Origin: Candidatus Blackallbacteria bacterium
GTDB taxonomy: Bacteria; Cyanobacteriota; Sericytochromatia; UBA7694
Direction of reading: 5' to 3'
Length of the DNA stretch: 25,018 nt
Assembly (NCBI GenBank): GCA_051715345.1
Contig: JBPXJQ010000004.1
Coordinates: 1-25,018, forward strand
The position numbers were made by a program, and so were the translations under genes. Under the pieces are notes generated by a model, which saw only the letters and a list, made by a program, of their open reading frames with translations, ran no database searches and was not told the DNA's origin. Position 1 is the first letter of the stretch. Each line of letters opens with the position of its first letter. This document shows positions 24,398 to 25,018 of this stretch, piece by piece.

Positions 24398-25018
24398 ATA
24401 AAGACATGTATTGCCCCAGCTGTAGTGGTGTTTTGCAAGAGGTATCGGTGCCACCTGTGATGGTGGATGTCTGTGTACAGGGCTGTAAAGGCATTTGGTT
24501 TGATCGCGGCGAATTGGAAAAAGTCCTGAAAAAGTCTCCCGATGTCGATCAACTCATGAACAGCACAGGCTGGGAAGTCAAAGACCCCATTGTCGGAGCC
24601 CACAGGGCCTGCCCCCGCTGTGTCGGTACAGGGCTCAAAACATTCCAATGGGGCACGCAATACCCCGTTGAGTTGGATGTCTGCCCTGGCTGTGGGGGCT
24701 ATTGGCTGGATGCTGGCGAATTGCTGTTGGTGTCAGAACAAATGAAACAGGGTGAAAAATTGCCCGAAGTGAAGCCCGTGCTCAAGCCGGGGGTCTCGCT
24801 CGAAAGCCGTGAATATTCGACAGGTGAAATCCTGGCCTGGGAAGTGGCAGCGGATGTCGCACAAACGGCACTTTGGTATGGACCCGATTTGCTTCATGCG
24901 GGATTCCAAGTGGCCGATGCCCTGCCCGCTACAGGAGATATCTTGCCCGCTGCTGGCGAGGTGCTGTTAAGTTCCCCTGGCGCGGTGATGGAAGGGGCTG
25001 CAGCTGTGATGGAAGGGG
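24398..25018 (+). CDS. Tandem zf-TFIIB-type zinc-ribbon protein (partial; continues past the window end)
   Basis: This gene is not in the ORF track because it has no stop within the window. My translation is MYCPSCSGVLQEV...CVQGCKGIWFDRGELEKV then CPRCVGTGLK...CPGCGGYWLDAGELLLV. That gives two C-x2-C...C-x2-C ribbons with the W(F/L)DxGEL signature, followed by an Ala/Gly-rich tail. Confidence 0.7.

Noticed and set aside
24286-24660. The 124-aa minus-strand ORF 24286..24660.
   Set aside because: It lies antisense to the zf-TFIIB gene, which is missing from the ORF track only because it runs off the window end. The plus-strand frame has an SD, a promoter and clear zinc-ribbon signatures.
1-25018. 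I searched for CRISPR arrays, tRNA or rRNA genes, IS elements, transposases and integrases.
   Set aside because: I found no regularly spaced direct repeats with unique spacers and no T-loop or anticodon-stem-like structures in intergenic regions. I found no DDE or tyrosine-recombinase-like ORFs. The only repeats are the 220-bp PAP2 3'-end pair and short tandems at 5325, 8164, 20118 and 21236.

Overview
This 25-kb window looks like chromosomal DNA from a mid-GC (about 55-60 %) Gram-negative-type bacterium. I support about 21 protein-coding genes and found no rRNA, tRNA, CRISPR array, transposase or integrase. Many predicted lipoproteins have an L-(S/T)-A-C lipobox. Recognisable genes in order are: a PAP2/vanadium-haloperoxidase-like lipoprotein, a minus-strand AAA-ATPase-like/PD-(D/E)XK nuclease gene, a 220-bp diverged duplicate of the PAP2 3' end, a rhodanese lipoprotein and a cytochrome P450 as a tight pair, a helical hypothetical protein, lipocalin Blc, and a Pro-rich hypothetical protein. 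A minus-strand operon follows (DUF1801, SDR epimerase/dehydratase, aldehyde dehydrogenase, EamA/DMT-like membrane protein, with a terminator). Then come a hypothetical lipoprotein, thiolase and multifunctional FadB, an RNB-family exoribonuclease, a TPR/coiled-coil hypothetical protein, a lipoprotein with a Met/Pro/Gln-rich repeat tail, a bidirectional terminator, GTP-dependent PEP carboxykinase, a nitroreductase and a partial tandem zf-TFIIB zinc-ribbon protein. The most unusual locus is 1303-3410. There a low-GC ATPase-nuclease gene with its own upstream region sits between two 220-bp direct-repeat copies of the PAP2 gene's 3' end. The two copies differ almost only at synonymous sites, so both diverged while still coding. 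That is the signature of an island acquired at, or recombined into, the 3' end of a protein-coding gene, carrying a candidate single-gene defence or mobility function. A second finding is an exact 15-mer, TTAAAATTATATTAA, upstream of two unrelated lipoprotein genes. Other notes cover a Met-rich possible metal-binding tail, a FadB N-terminal low-complexity extension, and a protein with a colicin-like hydrophobic helical hairpin.
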